Assembly (NCBI GenBank): GCA_964549655.1 | Contig: CAZJXN010000005.1 | Span: 6,220-70,219 of the forward strand | Direction: 5' to 3' | DNA: 64,000 nt | Origin: an uncultured Saprospiraceae bacterium | Lineage (GTDB): Bacteria; Bacteroidota; Bacteroidia; Chitinophagales; Saprospiraceae | Part shown: one piece after another, positions 1 to 8,144 of the stretch | How the letters are laid out: each line of letters starts with the position of its first letter | Numbering within the stretch: the stretch's first letter is position 1 | The notes under the pieces: model-generated | What the model was told of the DNA's origin: nothing | The model's database searches: none | The model's input: only the letters and a program-made list of their open reading frames with translations | Translations under genes and position numbers: made by a program

Positions 1-565
1 AGCGGAGCATCGCATCATACTCTTGAATGATTATCTTTTTTTGTTGCAAATATTCATCTTTTTCTAACGCTTGATTAATTAAAAAAGTCAAATTTTCTTT
101 TTCCAATGGTTGTAAAACATACACCTGACAGCGCGACAAAAGTGCCGGAATGACTTCAAAAGATGGATTTTCAGTCGTAGCACCTATGAGCGTCACCACG
201 CCTTCTTCGACTGCACTCAGCAAAGAGTCTTGCTGTGATTTATTAAAGCGATGAATTTCATCAATAAATAAAATAGGACGCGGGGCTGTAAAAAAACGTT
301 GACTCCGAGCTTTCTCAATGGTTTCCCGCACGTCTTTCACGCCAGAATGTACCGCACTCAAGGTATGAAACGGACGTTCCAATTGAACGGAAAGAATTTT
401 AGCCAGCGTCGTTTTCCCAACGCCCGGTGGTCCCCACAAAATGAACGAAGGGACATTGCCCGATTCGACCGCTTTACGCAGCACACCGTTTGTACCTACC
501 AAATGCTGCTGCCCTACGTAGTCCTCAAAATTGGTCGGGCGCATCCGCTCTGCTAATGGTTTCAT
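1..565 (-). CDS. rarA: Replication-associated recombination protein A (AAA+ ATPase), N-terminal part; the gene runs off the window edge
   Basis: Reverse-strand translation from the ATG at 565-563 reads [24 protein letters not shown]...[17 protein letters not shown]...[19 protein letters not shown]...[14 protein letters not shown]. This shows Walker A, Walker B and the sensor-1 region typical of RarA/MgsA. It is absent from the ORF track because it has no stop in the window. Confidence 0.9.
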   Translation of the reverse strand, partial: MKPLAERMRPTNFEDYVGQQHLVGTNGVLRKAVESGNVPSFILWGPPGVGKTTLAKILSVQLERPFHTLSAVHSGVKDVRETIEKARSQRFFTAPRPILFIDEIHRFNKSQQDSLLSAVEEGVVTLIGATTENPSFEVIPALLSRCQVYVLQPLEKENLTFLINQALEKDEYLQQKKIIIQEYDAMLR

Positions 566-569
566 GAAT

Positions 570-670
570 ATTGTGTGTTAAAGTGTTAAAGTGTTTTAGT
601 GTTTTTGTCTCTTCTCACTTGGTCGCTTGGTCATTTCTTAATTATTCGTTCTTTCATTTTTTCATTCCCT
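570..670. repeat. Left arm of an imperfect inverted repeat; its partner is 1783-1924
   Basis: ATTGTGTGTTAAAGTG...GTGTTTTTGTCTCTTCTCACTTGGTCGCTTGGTCATTTC is the reverse complement of GAAATGACCAAGTGAGAAGCGACAGAAACAC...CACCTTAACACAAT on the right side. I aligned them by eye at roughly 75-80% identity with indels. Confidence 0.75.
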
Positions 671-775
671 ATAAACTCTTTCTTGATACTAAAATTTTTC
701 AAATGAATAGAAAAAATATTTTTGTCTCTAGGACGATAAATGACAATTTGGGCAACATCTTTGGTACGAACTCCG

Positions 776-783
776 TATCTTTG
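776..783 (+). promoter_or_regulatory. Candidate Bacteroidota -7 box (TATCTTTG) upstream of ORF 896
   Basis: Matches the TAnnTTTG consensus and lies 113 nt upstream of the ATG at 896. I did not see a convincing -33 TTG. Confidence 0.3.
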
Positions 784-895
784 TACAACACACACTGTCT
801 GGTAAATTCCTTACAATCACATTGATAATACACCTTGTTTTTTACGTAGCATTTGGGAGCTTTCTGATTTATATTATGAGAAAACAATAGTTGGT

Positions 896-1777
896 ATGTT
901 AGCAAGATCAAAAGCTGTGGCGGATACATTACGCGACAGTTCCCGTGCGTTATTGGATGATTTCCTTTCCGCAAAAAGTACGCAATCTTTCTCCATTGAT
1001 GCGAATCGAATGACGACGCTCGTCAGCCAAGCCAGTACGCGTTTTACATTCTACCCCGGTGGTTTTCAACGCTTGACTGGAGCGGAGGTGACGGGCGAAG
1101 TACAGGTCCAAATTAAAGAAGTTTTCCGGAAAAGTGACATGATATTAACGGATCTAATGACGACTTCGGAAGACCGGCTACTCGAATCTGCAGGACATTT
1201 TCACATTCAAGCCAGTCAAGAAGGCATTCCTTTGCAACTCGCTATTCCCATTGCAGTCGAAATGCCGCTGTCGGCACAAGTCGCCAATCCATTAGCAACG
1301 CGTCTTTTTACAGGGCTTTTTTCAAATATGTTTAATGCCACAAGTAATAAATTATTTGATTGGAGATTATTGGTGAATAAGTCATTGAAAGTTCGCAAGA
1401 TAGCTGGAAAAAAATATTATCACTTTTATATAACGGATTTGAAATGGTTTTCCTGTAGTCATTTGCACACACGCCGAGCGTTGCGCACGATGGTAAGTGC
1501 TCGTTGTGTATCTGCGATAGAGGATTTTGAAGAGCAAGCTGCGTTTATCGTATTTAAAAATATCAACTCCGTGGCGCGAATGTATCCGAACATTAATCGT
1601 TTCACCGCATTACATATCCCTGTAAATCAAGCAGCTACAATTATTCTTATTGGATTTCGGCAAGGCGAATGGTTTTATGGCGCCCATTCGATGGAAAAAA
1701 CTTCCAGCCAATTGGTGTCTGTAAAAGTAGAGCCAGTCATTGAATCGCAATTGATAGAATACCTTCGGAGACTTTGA
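896..1777 (+). CDS. Hypothetical protein (293 aa) with no recognisable motif
   Basis: It is the only long ORF in the segment between the two inverted-repeat arms. Its composition looks coding-like, but I recognised no family signature. Confidence 0.5.
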   Translation: MLARSKAVADTLRDSSRALLDDFLSAKSTQSFSIDANRMTTLVSQASTRFTFYPGGFQRLTGAEVTGEVQVQIKEVFRKSDMILTDLMTTSEDRLLESAGHFHIQASQEGIPLQLAIPIAVEMPLSAQVANPLATRLFTGLFSNMFNATSNKLFDWRLLVNKSLKVRKIAGKKYYHFYITDLKWFSCSHLHTRRALRTMVSARCVSAIEDFEEQAAFIVFKNINSVARMYPNINRFTALHIPVNQAATIILIGFRQGEWFYGAHSMEKTSSQLVSVKVEPVIESQLIEYLRRL

Positions 1778-1782
1778 TTGGA

Positions 1783-1924
1783 GGGGAGAAATGAATAATA
1801 AAAAAATTGACCAAGAGACGAAATGACCAAGTGAGAAGCGACAGAAACACTCCAAAAAGTCAAAATGTAAAATTTTAAATTTTAAATGTAAAAGTAACGA
1901 CGACAAAAACACCTTAACACAATT
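1783..1924. repeat. Right arm of the inverted repeat (partner 570-670), carrying a roughly 55-nt internal insertion
   Basis: See the left arm. The extra segment TCCAAAAAGTCAAAATGTAAAATTTTAAATTTTAAATGTAAAAGTAACGACGAC interrupts this arm. Confidence 0.75.
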
Positions 1925-1931
1925 TTCTACC

Positions 1932-2621
1932 ATGTCTATCACTCCCACTGCCTACGTCGCTGCCTTGCGCGACCTATATGCGCAGCACGCCCATTCTGCA
2001 AACGCCCTCGGCATGAAGGCTTACCTAAAAAATCAATTCGACTTTTTGAGTATTAAAAAACCAGAACGCATTTTATTATCCCAACAAATCATTCAGCATC
2101 AAGATATTCCGACGATTGAAAATTTAAAAGAAATAAGCCTGCTTTGTTTTCAAGAAGAAAAACGAGAAATGCAATACTTTGTAAATGACTTGCTGGGTAA
2201 AATTATAAAAAAATTGGATGATAGCTTGCTGCCTATTTTAGAATCTTTAATTTTGCAAAAATCTTGGTGGGATACGGTGGATTTCCTCGCGCCCAAGCTA
2301 GCCGGGAAGATTTTACAACAGTATCCAGAAAAAATTGTAGACTATCCCGACCGATGGATTGAATCCGAGAATAAATGGTTACAACGTTCTGCTATTTTAT
2401 TTCAATTGGGTTATAAAGAAAAAACGGATGCAACATTACTTTTTAATTACATTTTAAAACGCGCAGATTCCAAAGAATTTTTTGTGCAGAAAGCCGCCGG
2501 CTGGGCATTGCGGGAATATTCCAAGCAAAATCCTGAAGCGGTGCAGTTGTTTATTCAAAATAATACATTACCTAAATTGACGGTGCGAGAAGGATTAAAA
2601 CGAATCAACAAAACCGTCTGA
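1932..2621 (+). CDS. DNA alkylation repair protein (AlkD-like HEAT-repeat family)
   Basis: The length and the motifs YLKNQFDFLSIKKPER...WWDTVD...WLQRSAILFQL...AAGWALREYSK are typical of the DNA_alkylation family. Confidence 0.8.
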   Translation: MSITPTAYVAALRDLYAQHAHSANALGMKAYLKNQFDFLSIKKPERILLSQQIIQHQDIPTIENLKEISLLCFQEEKREMQYFVNDLLGKIIKKLDDSLLPILESLILQKSWWDTVDFLAPKLAGKILQQYPEKIVDYPDRWIESENKWLQRSAILFQLGYKEKTDATLLFNYILKRADSKEFFVQKAAGWALREYSKQNPEAVQLFIQNNTLPKLTVREGLKRINKTV

Positions 2622-2624
2622 GCC

Positions 2625-3173
2625 ATGCTGGGAATATTAAAAAATGGAGACGAAGCACTCGTTCGACTGGTAAGGGAAGACGATACCCAATATCTGTTGT
2701 CGTATTTGGACGGGCTTTCGCCAGCGAGTAAAAGTCGCTTTGCACCCCATCCGTTTGATGAAGAAACGGTGTTCCGCATTTGCAAAAAAGGCTACTCAGA
2801 TGTGCGATATTACGTGGCAGAACACGGCAAAACCCACGACATCATTGCGTATGCGCTGCTGAAATTAGGCGTTTTAAAACAAGATGCGGAGCGTTACGAA
2901 GGTTATAACTTTCCATTACAAGAGGCACACACCTGCACGTACGCGCCTTCCGTGGCAGATGATTTTCAAAGATTAGGCGTAGGTTCGCTGCTGTTTGAAT
3001 ATATTTTATTAGATGCTTATTTTTTAGGTAAGAAATCTATCATATTATGGGGTGGGGTACAGGCTACTAATGAAAATGCCAAGCATTATTACATCAAAAA
3101 AGGATTTCAGCACGTCGGCGAATTTCAAAATAATGTAATGGCGAATTATGATATGATATATGTGATGAGTTGA
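2625..3173 (+). CDS. GNAT family N-acetyltransferase
   Basis: Contains the acetyl-CoA motif FQRLGVGSLLFEYIL and a C-terminal YIKKGFQHVGE. The start lies 3 nt after the upstream stop, suggesting translational coupling. Confidence 0.8.
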   Translation: MLGILKNGDEALVRLVREDDTQYLLSYLDGLSPASKSRFAPHPFDEETVFRICKKGYSDVRYYVAEHGKTHDIIAYALLKLGVLKQDAERYEGYNFPLQEAHTCTYAPSVADDFQRLGVGSLLFEYILLDAYFLGKKSIILWGGVQATNENAKHYYIKKGFQHVGEFQNNVMANYDMIYVMS

Positions 3174-3196
3174 AATATGGCGCATTTATCTGGCGC

Positions 3197-3322
3197 ATTT
3201 CAAAAATGTGCCAGATTTATTACATTCAAAATATAGTATTTCAAAAATGTGCCAGATTTATTACATTCAAAATATAGAGCATTTCAAAAATGTGCCAGAT
3301 TTATTATCATAGAATGAAGCGC
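3197..3322. repeat. Tandem repeat of 41-43 bp, three copies plus one degenerate copy
   Basis: ATTTCAAAAATGTGCCAGATTTATTACATTCAAAATATAG starts at 3197, 3238 and 3281, followed by a degenerate copy (AAAATGTGCCATATTT). The preceding ATCTGGCGCATTT is an inverted version of AAATGTGCCAGAT. The array lies between convergent genes. Confidence 0.85.
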
Positions 3323-3356
3323 AAAATGTGCCATATTTCTAAAATGCGGCATATTA

Positions 3357-3818
3357 TTACAGAATCTGCTGTATTCTAATTATTTGATTATTAAATAGCA
3401 CTTCCGCTCCTTCTTGTTTATTTTTTAAAACTTGTCCGATAGGCGATTCCAAAGAAATACTATAAATAACCTCGTCTCCAATTTTTATTTTACCAATGCC
3501 GATAGCAATGAAATAAGTGCCGCTATTGGTTATAACTAAACTTCCGAGTTCCGCCTTATCATATTTTCTCTCGACATTTATATTTGCTAAAATATTTTTT
3601 GATTCCACTAATTGTAATAATTGCGTCTGGTTCTTCTCTTCTTCCAAATGTAGCATGGCTCTTCCCGTCTCGTATTTATCACCCACACTGCTTTTCGATT
3701 CATTATTTCTGGATTCTGATATGGAGTTTAAAACTTCTTGTATGGTATTAATTCTATTTGTGATATAGTTATTGCAATAATCAAAAGCCGCTTGTTTTAA
3801 TTTTAATAATTCACTCAT
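3357..3818 (-). CDS. GreA/GreB-family C-terminal-domain protein; start trimmed to MSELLKLKQ
   Basis: An N-terminal coiled-coil-like region is followed by IYSISLESPIGQVLKNKQEGAEVLFNN, which resembles the GreA C-terminal domain motif (S.SPIG.AL.GK..GD.V). The upstream 26 codons of the tracked ORF overlap a repeat element. Confidence 0.65.
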   Translation of the reverse strand: MSELLKLKQAAFDYCNNYITNRINTIQEVLNSISESRNNESKSSVGDKYETGRAMLHLEEEKNQTQLLQLVESKNILANINVERKYDKAELGSLVITNSGTYFIAIGIGKIKIGDEVIYSISLESPIGQVLKNKQEGAEVLFNNQIIRIQQIL

Positions 3819-3867
3819 GTAATGATGGATTAAAAAAACATAAAAACTATATGATTTATTTAATAAG

Positions 3868-3945
3868 TGTGCATCAGTAGATAAGCATATCAGCAAAACT
3901 TGTCCCGTAAGACGGGATTAGCAAATCAAATATATTGCTAATTTT
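3868..3945. repeat. Conserved stem-loop element; a second copy lies at 50231-50312
   Basis: The shared core is ATCAGCA(A/T)AACTTGTCCCG-loop-CGGGATTA...GCAAAT. The 5-bp stem TCCCG/CGGGA is kept while the loop differs (TAAGA versus CAAAT). Confidence 0.7.
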
Positions 3946-4006
3946 CTACAAAGTACATTTTTCGTGCTTGGTCATCTTTTGCTTTTCCCCTATCTTTCCC
4001 GACCTA

Positions 4007-6217
4007 ATGAATAAAAAAGGTACAACCATGAGATTACTTGCTTTCTTCTTTTCCCTATTTTTTACAATAACTACCTTTGCGCAACCCTTCACGCCGGTCG
4101 AAATCGTCCGCTGGCAACAGCAAGCGCAGCGCATCACCATCATTCGCGACAACTGGGGCGTGCCGCACATTTATGGCAAAACGGATGCCGATGTGGTGTT
4201 TGGCGCATTGTATACACAGTGCGAAGATGATTTTAATCGAGTGGAAGATAATTACATCACCGCCATTGGGCGCATGGCAGAAGTGGAGGGCGAAGCGGCG
4301 TTGTATCAAGATTTACGCGCCCGTTTATTTTTAGATACCGCACAAGTGATTGCCATTTACCAAAAAAGTCCAACTTGGATGAAACAATTGCTCGACGCTT
4401 TTGCCGATGGCGCGAATTATTATCTGCATACGCATCCGACCGTGAAGCCGCGTTTGATTAAAAGATTTCAGCCTTGGATGCCACTTATGTTTAGCGAAGG
4501 AAGTATTGGTGGCAATATCAGTATAATACCTATCAATCAACTTAAATCATTCTATGGTAAAGAAAAATCAACTTCATTCATAGAAGATTTTAAACAGCAA
4601 GAATGGGAACCCGTCGGGTCGAATGGTTTCGCCATCGCGCCTTCTAAAAGTATGTCTGGCAATGCGTTATTATTGATTAATCCACACACGTCTTTTTATT
4701 TTCGGTCGGAGTTACAAATGGTGAGCGAGCAAGGTTTGAATGCGTATGGCGCAGTCACATGGGGACAATTCTTTATCTATCAGGGTTTTAATGAAAATTG
4801 TGGTTGGATGCACACCTCCAGCGATGCGGATGTAGTGGATGAATATTTGGAAACGATTGAAAAGCGAGGTAATGATTATTTTTATAAATATGGAAATGAA
4901 TGGCGACCTGTGCAGGCGAAAAAAATTACATTATCTTACAAAATCGGAGATGATTTACAACAAAAAGAAATAATAGCTTACTTCACGCATCATGGTCCTA
5001 TCATTAGGGAGGAAAAAGGTAAATGGATTGCAATTCGGATGATGAATGAACCGTTGGATGCACTCGTGCTGTCGTATTTGCGCACAAAAGCCAGTGGTTA
5101 TAAAAGTTATAATAAACTCATGGACATCCGCACGAATTCTTCCAATAACACCGTGTTTGCTGACCGCAAAGGCAATATCGCCTACTGGCACGGCGACTTT
5201 ATGCCTCGGCGCGACCCAAGTTTCGATTGGAATAAACCGGTAGATGGCAGCAACCCGGCAACGGAGTGGAAAGGTTTACATAAAGTAAAAGAAATCGTCC
5301 AATTGCGCAATCCTAAAAATGGCTGGATTCAAAATTGTAATTCTACGCCCTTCACCGCTGCTGCGGAAAACAGTCCAAACAAAAATAAATACCCAACTTA
5401 CATGGCGCCTGATGCAGAAAATTTTCGCGGCATCCATGCAGTAAAAGTGCTGAAAGAAGCGTCAAAGTTGGATTTGAATACCTTAATTGCCGCAGCGTAT
5501 GACTCGTATTTGCCCGGTTTTGAGGATTTGATTCCTGCTTTATCAGCCGCATATAAAAATGTAAGTAATAACGCTGCTAATTATAATAAAGCTGTACCGG
5601 ATGCAATAAAATTATTAGATGCTTGGGACAAACGTTACAGTGCAACGTCTATTCCAACGACGCTGGCAATTTTGTGGGGCGAAAAACTACACAGTTTCGC
5701 GCGGACGAAAGCTGCTGCCGGTCAGGAATTTGATAATCAAAGTTTAAATGAGTTTGCTATTGCCAACACGACGCATCAAGAAAAAATTATTTTATTATCC
5801 AAATTATTAGATGAATTAACCCGCGATTTTGACACTTGGAAAGTTGCTTGGGGTGACATCAACCGCTATCAGCGTCTCAATGGCAATATTCAAGCCAATT
5901 TTGATGATGACAAACCGAGCATTCCCGTTCCGTTTGCATCCGCCAGTTGGGGTTCGCTCGCTTCCTATGGGGTGCGGGGTTCTCAAAATACCAAAAAACG
6001 CTACGGCAGCTACGGCAATAGTTTTGTGGCAGTTGTAGAATTCGGCAAACGCGTGAAAGCGCGTTCCATCACGGTCGGCGGTGCCAGTGGCGACCCAAAA
6101 TCAGAACATTTTACCGACCAAGCTAAGATGTATGCGGAAGGGAAGTTTAAAGAAGTGTTATTTTATTTGGAGGATGTGAGGAAGAATGCGGAGCGGACGT
6201 ATAAGCCGGGGGAGTAA
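4007..6217 (+). CDS. Penicillin acylase family protein (Ntn hydrolase S45, PvdQ/AHL-acylase-like)
   Basis: Has a signal peptide (MRLLAFFFSLFFTITTFAQ), the motifs WGVPHIYG and YTQCEDDF, and a self-processing site GSNGFAIAPSKS (Ser nucleophile). Length is about 740 aa. The start could instead be 4028. Confidence 0.9.
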   Translation: MNKKGTTMRLLAFFFSLFFTITTFAQPFTPVEIVRWQQQAQRITIIRDNWGVPHIYGKTDADVVFGALYTQCEDDFNRVEDNYITAIGRMAEVEGEAALYQDLRARLFLDTAQVIAIYQKSPTWMKQLLDAFADGANYYLHTHPTVKPRLIKRFQPWMPLMFSEGSIGGNISIIPINQLKSFYGKEKSTSFIEDFKQQEWEPVGSNGFAIAPSKSMSGNALLLINPHTSFYFRSELQMVSEQGLNAYGAVTWGQFFIYQGFNENCGWMHTSSDADVVDEYLETIEKRGNDYFYKYGNEWRPVQAKKITLSYKIGDDLQQKEIIAYFTHHGPIIREEKGKWIAIRMMNEPLDALVLSYLRTKASGYKSYNKLMDIRTNSSNNTVFADRKGNIAYWHGDFMPRRDPSFDWNKPVDGSNPATEWKGLHKVKEIVQLRNPKNGWIQNCNSTPFTAAAENSPNKNKYPTYMAPDAENFRGIHAVKVLKEASKLDLNTLIAAAYDSYLPGFEDLIPALSAAYKNVSNNAANYNKAVPDAIKLLDAWDKRYSATSIPTTLAILWGEKLHSFARTKAAAGQEFDNQSLNEFAIANTTHQEKIILLSKLLDELTRDFDTWKVAWGDINRYQRLNGNIQANFDDDKPSIPVPFASASWGSLASYGVRGSQNTKKRYGSYGNSFVAVVEFGKRVKARSITVGGASGDPKSEHFTDQAKMYAEGKFKEVLFYLEDVRKNAERTYKPGE

Positions 6218-6254
6218 TAAGCTTATGACATTTCGTGTTTTTCTGCAAAAAACT

Positions 6255-6371
6255 GTCTGAAGTTTCAACTCCAAAGAGGCATTTAAAAAAAGAGATGAGC
6301 GGAGCCGTTTCCTGTTCATTACCAAAAATCTTTCGAAAAGCAATGTCATTCTTTATATCAGCAAATTGCAT
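6255..6371 (-). pseudogene. N-terminal remnant of a PD-(D/E)XK (Rpn-family) nuclease / putative transposase
   Basis: MQFADIKNDIAFRKIFGNEQETAPLISFF matches, from memory, the conserved N-terminus of this family. The similarity stops after about 35 aa and the reading frame then runs into the acylase gene. Confidence 0.45.
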
Positions 6372-6593
6372 ATTATACTAAAATAAAATTAAAATGGCGT
6401 ATTAAATTATTTTAAAACCATGTAAATCAATCACTTACTGACTGCCAACTGCGTACAGCCAACTGCATACTGGTATTAGGTCTTTTTTCTACCCATGACA
6501 AATCGTTTCATTTTCAATTATACTTTAGTTACAGAACGATTTGTAAATCTGGTTAGTTTCTAAACTGTTAAAAAATCGGTTTTTTGCGAAGGC

Positions 6594-6733
6594 TGCCACT
6601 AACGTCCCGCGGCTTGGCGATTGTGGCGGATTTCGAAGCACAAAACTTCAACTTTGCACTAAAGTTCAATTGAAAAACTGAACTTGAATTTAGCACGAAA
6701 CCCGCCATATTGCCAAACCGATGTTGGTGGCAG
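6594..6733. repeat. Imperfect palindrome A (about 140 bp), directly 3' of the acyltransferase gene
   Basis: The arm CTGCCACTAACGTCCCGCGGCTTGGCGATTGTGGCGGATTTCGAAGC pairs with GCACGAAACCCGCCATATTGCCAAACCGATGTTGGTGGCAG, at roughly 80% with bulges. Read in gene direction the ends are ...CCACCAAC and GTTAGTGG... Confidence 0.8.
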
Positions 6734-6736
6734 TTT

Positions 6737-7861
6737 TTATTTTACTCTTTCACGTAATGAAGTCATTGGGATTTCAAAATATTTATAAATTAAAATTGAC
6801 AAACCAATTACTAACAACCAATAAATGCTATAATTTAATACTACTTTTATATATATATTATCCGTGATTTCCTGCCAAGGAATATTGCCTATTACCCATC
6901 TTCGAACTATTGATAAGTTTAATAAATACATTGAATAAGATATTAAACTTATGTATGTTATAGGTTTATACAAAAGTCCATTACCTGTCTTTAGCTCACT
7001 CAAATAAGGTAGGAGAAATAGGGTGCCTACTGAAATTAGTGTAAAACTAAAAACACAAGAATAAATACCTCCAATTGCTGTAAATTGTGGCAATAAAAAT
7101 TTTGAAGCTAGTAATATTAAAATTCCTGTAAACAATAGTTGGATTTTAAATTTAATCCATAAGCTTTTGTGAAAATAATTAATGTAAGCTCCAACTACTC
7201 CAAACATTAAGCTATCCAATCTAGTAGCTACTTGTTTTCCATACATTACATCCCAATCATTAATGTCATTTATTGAAATCTGGAAGAATCTGAAACTCCT
7301 AAATAGTGTGACTAGAACAATAATTATTATGCAAGCCAAAAATACGCTCTTTTTGTAGGATTTATTTAGTGTTATCGTGAGTATGCCAATTAAAAGAGGC
7401 ATTATTAAATAAAACCATTCTTCAATACTTAAACTCCACGCTTCTGGAAAGAAGCCTGTATGTTCCCAAAATAAATTTTGAGAGAATATAAAATATCTGA
7501 TTACGCTTCTAAAAGTAAATCCTTCATTAAAAAATAAATTAAGTAAACATAGAGTTAAAAGTATTAAAAAGTAATTTGGTAAAGTTCTAAACCATCGTCT
7601 AACCCAAAAGTTTTTAAGAACAGATATTTCAATGCCGTTTTCTTCAATTAACTTTATAAGAATTCCACCAATTAGAAAACCACTTAAAACAAAGAATATT
7701 GATACCCCATCAAATATGAATAAGTTGCTAATATTTCCTATTTTAGGTGGAAGTAGAGCAGAGCCGTGTCCTGCAACAACAAACATGATAGCTAAAGCTC
7801 TCAATATGTCAAGACCAAAGACTCTTTTGGGATCAATTTCAATTTTGAATATATTTATCAT
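6737..7861 (-). CDS. Acyltransferase family 3 integral membrane protein (O-acyltransferase)
   Basis: The motif LDILRALAIMFVVAGHG, about 10 predicted TM segments and SLSIEEWFY are typical of Acyl_transf_3. The gene is very AT-rich. Confidence 0.85.
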   Translation of the reverse strand: MINIFKIEIDPKRVFGLDILRALAIMFVVAGHGSALLPPKIGNISNLFIFDGVSIFFVLSGFLIGGILIKLIEENGIEISVLKNFWVRRWFRTLPNYFLILLTLCLLNLFFNEGFTFRSVIRYFIFSQNLFWEHTGFFPEAWSLSIEEWFYLIMPLLIGILTITLNKSYKKSVFLACIIIIVLVTLFRSFRFFQISINDINDWDVMYGKQVATRLDSLMFGVVGAYINYFHKSLWIKFKIQLLFTGILILLASKFLLPQFTAIGGIYSCVFSFTLISVGTLFLLPYLSELKTGNGLLYKPITYISLISYSMYLLNLSIVRRWVIGNIPWQEITDNIYIKVVLNYSIYWLLVIGLSILIYKYFEIPMTSLRERVK

Positions 7862-7886
7862 TGTTTATTTCGGTTTTTTAAAATTG

Positions 7887-8018
7887 GTGCTAACTCATAT
7901 ACTAACGCAATGCATCAATCCATCCAATTTCGAGGTATATACGCAACAGCGACTCAATGAAATACGCAATGCACATTTTGGATAGTCCCTATTGCATCTA
8001 TTTTCCCATTAAAAATAA
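7887..8018. repeat. Conserved leader element, copy 1 (copy 2 at 13408-13503); this copy has a 36-bp insertion
   Basis: GGTGCTAACTCATATACTAACGCAAT[36-bp insert]AGCGACTCAATGAAATACGCAATGCACATTTTGGATAGTCCCTATTGCATCTATTTTCCCATTAAAAATAA matches 13408-13503 closely. It ends 25 nt from the start codon of the downstream minus-strand gene. Confidence 0.9.
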
Positions 8019-8044
8019 TCTCTTCTTTTTTCTACCTATGTATT

Positions 8045-8112
8045 AGATGCACGAAGCTCAAAACCTGCACGTCACCCGCCATATTCGCCAATACCTTGTT
8101 GTGCGTTCGTTC
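8045..8112. repeat. Half-copy of the palindrome-A family, 3' of the CaCA gene
   Basis: CACGAAGCTCAAAACCTGCACGTCACCCGCCATATTCGCCAATACCTTGTTGTGCG resembles the right arm of palindrome A (CACGAAACCCGCCATATTGCCAAACCGATGTTGGTG). I found no matching partner arm. Confidence 0.65.
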
Positions 8113-8144
8113 TTCTCTTTCACCTTATGTAGCCTGCTTTTCAG

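Noticed and set aside
299-556. 85-aa plus-strand ORF in the track
   Set aside because: It lies antisense inside the clearly recognisable rarA coding sequence (Walker A/B motifs on the minus strand). It has no motif of its own.
3197-3322. Possible CRISPR array (also considered for 32095-32346)
   Set aside because: At 3197 the whole 41-43-bp unit is repeated with no unique spacers. At 32095 only about 11 nt per 42-bp unit is conserved. There are no cas genes in the window.
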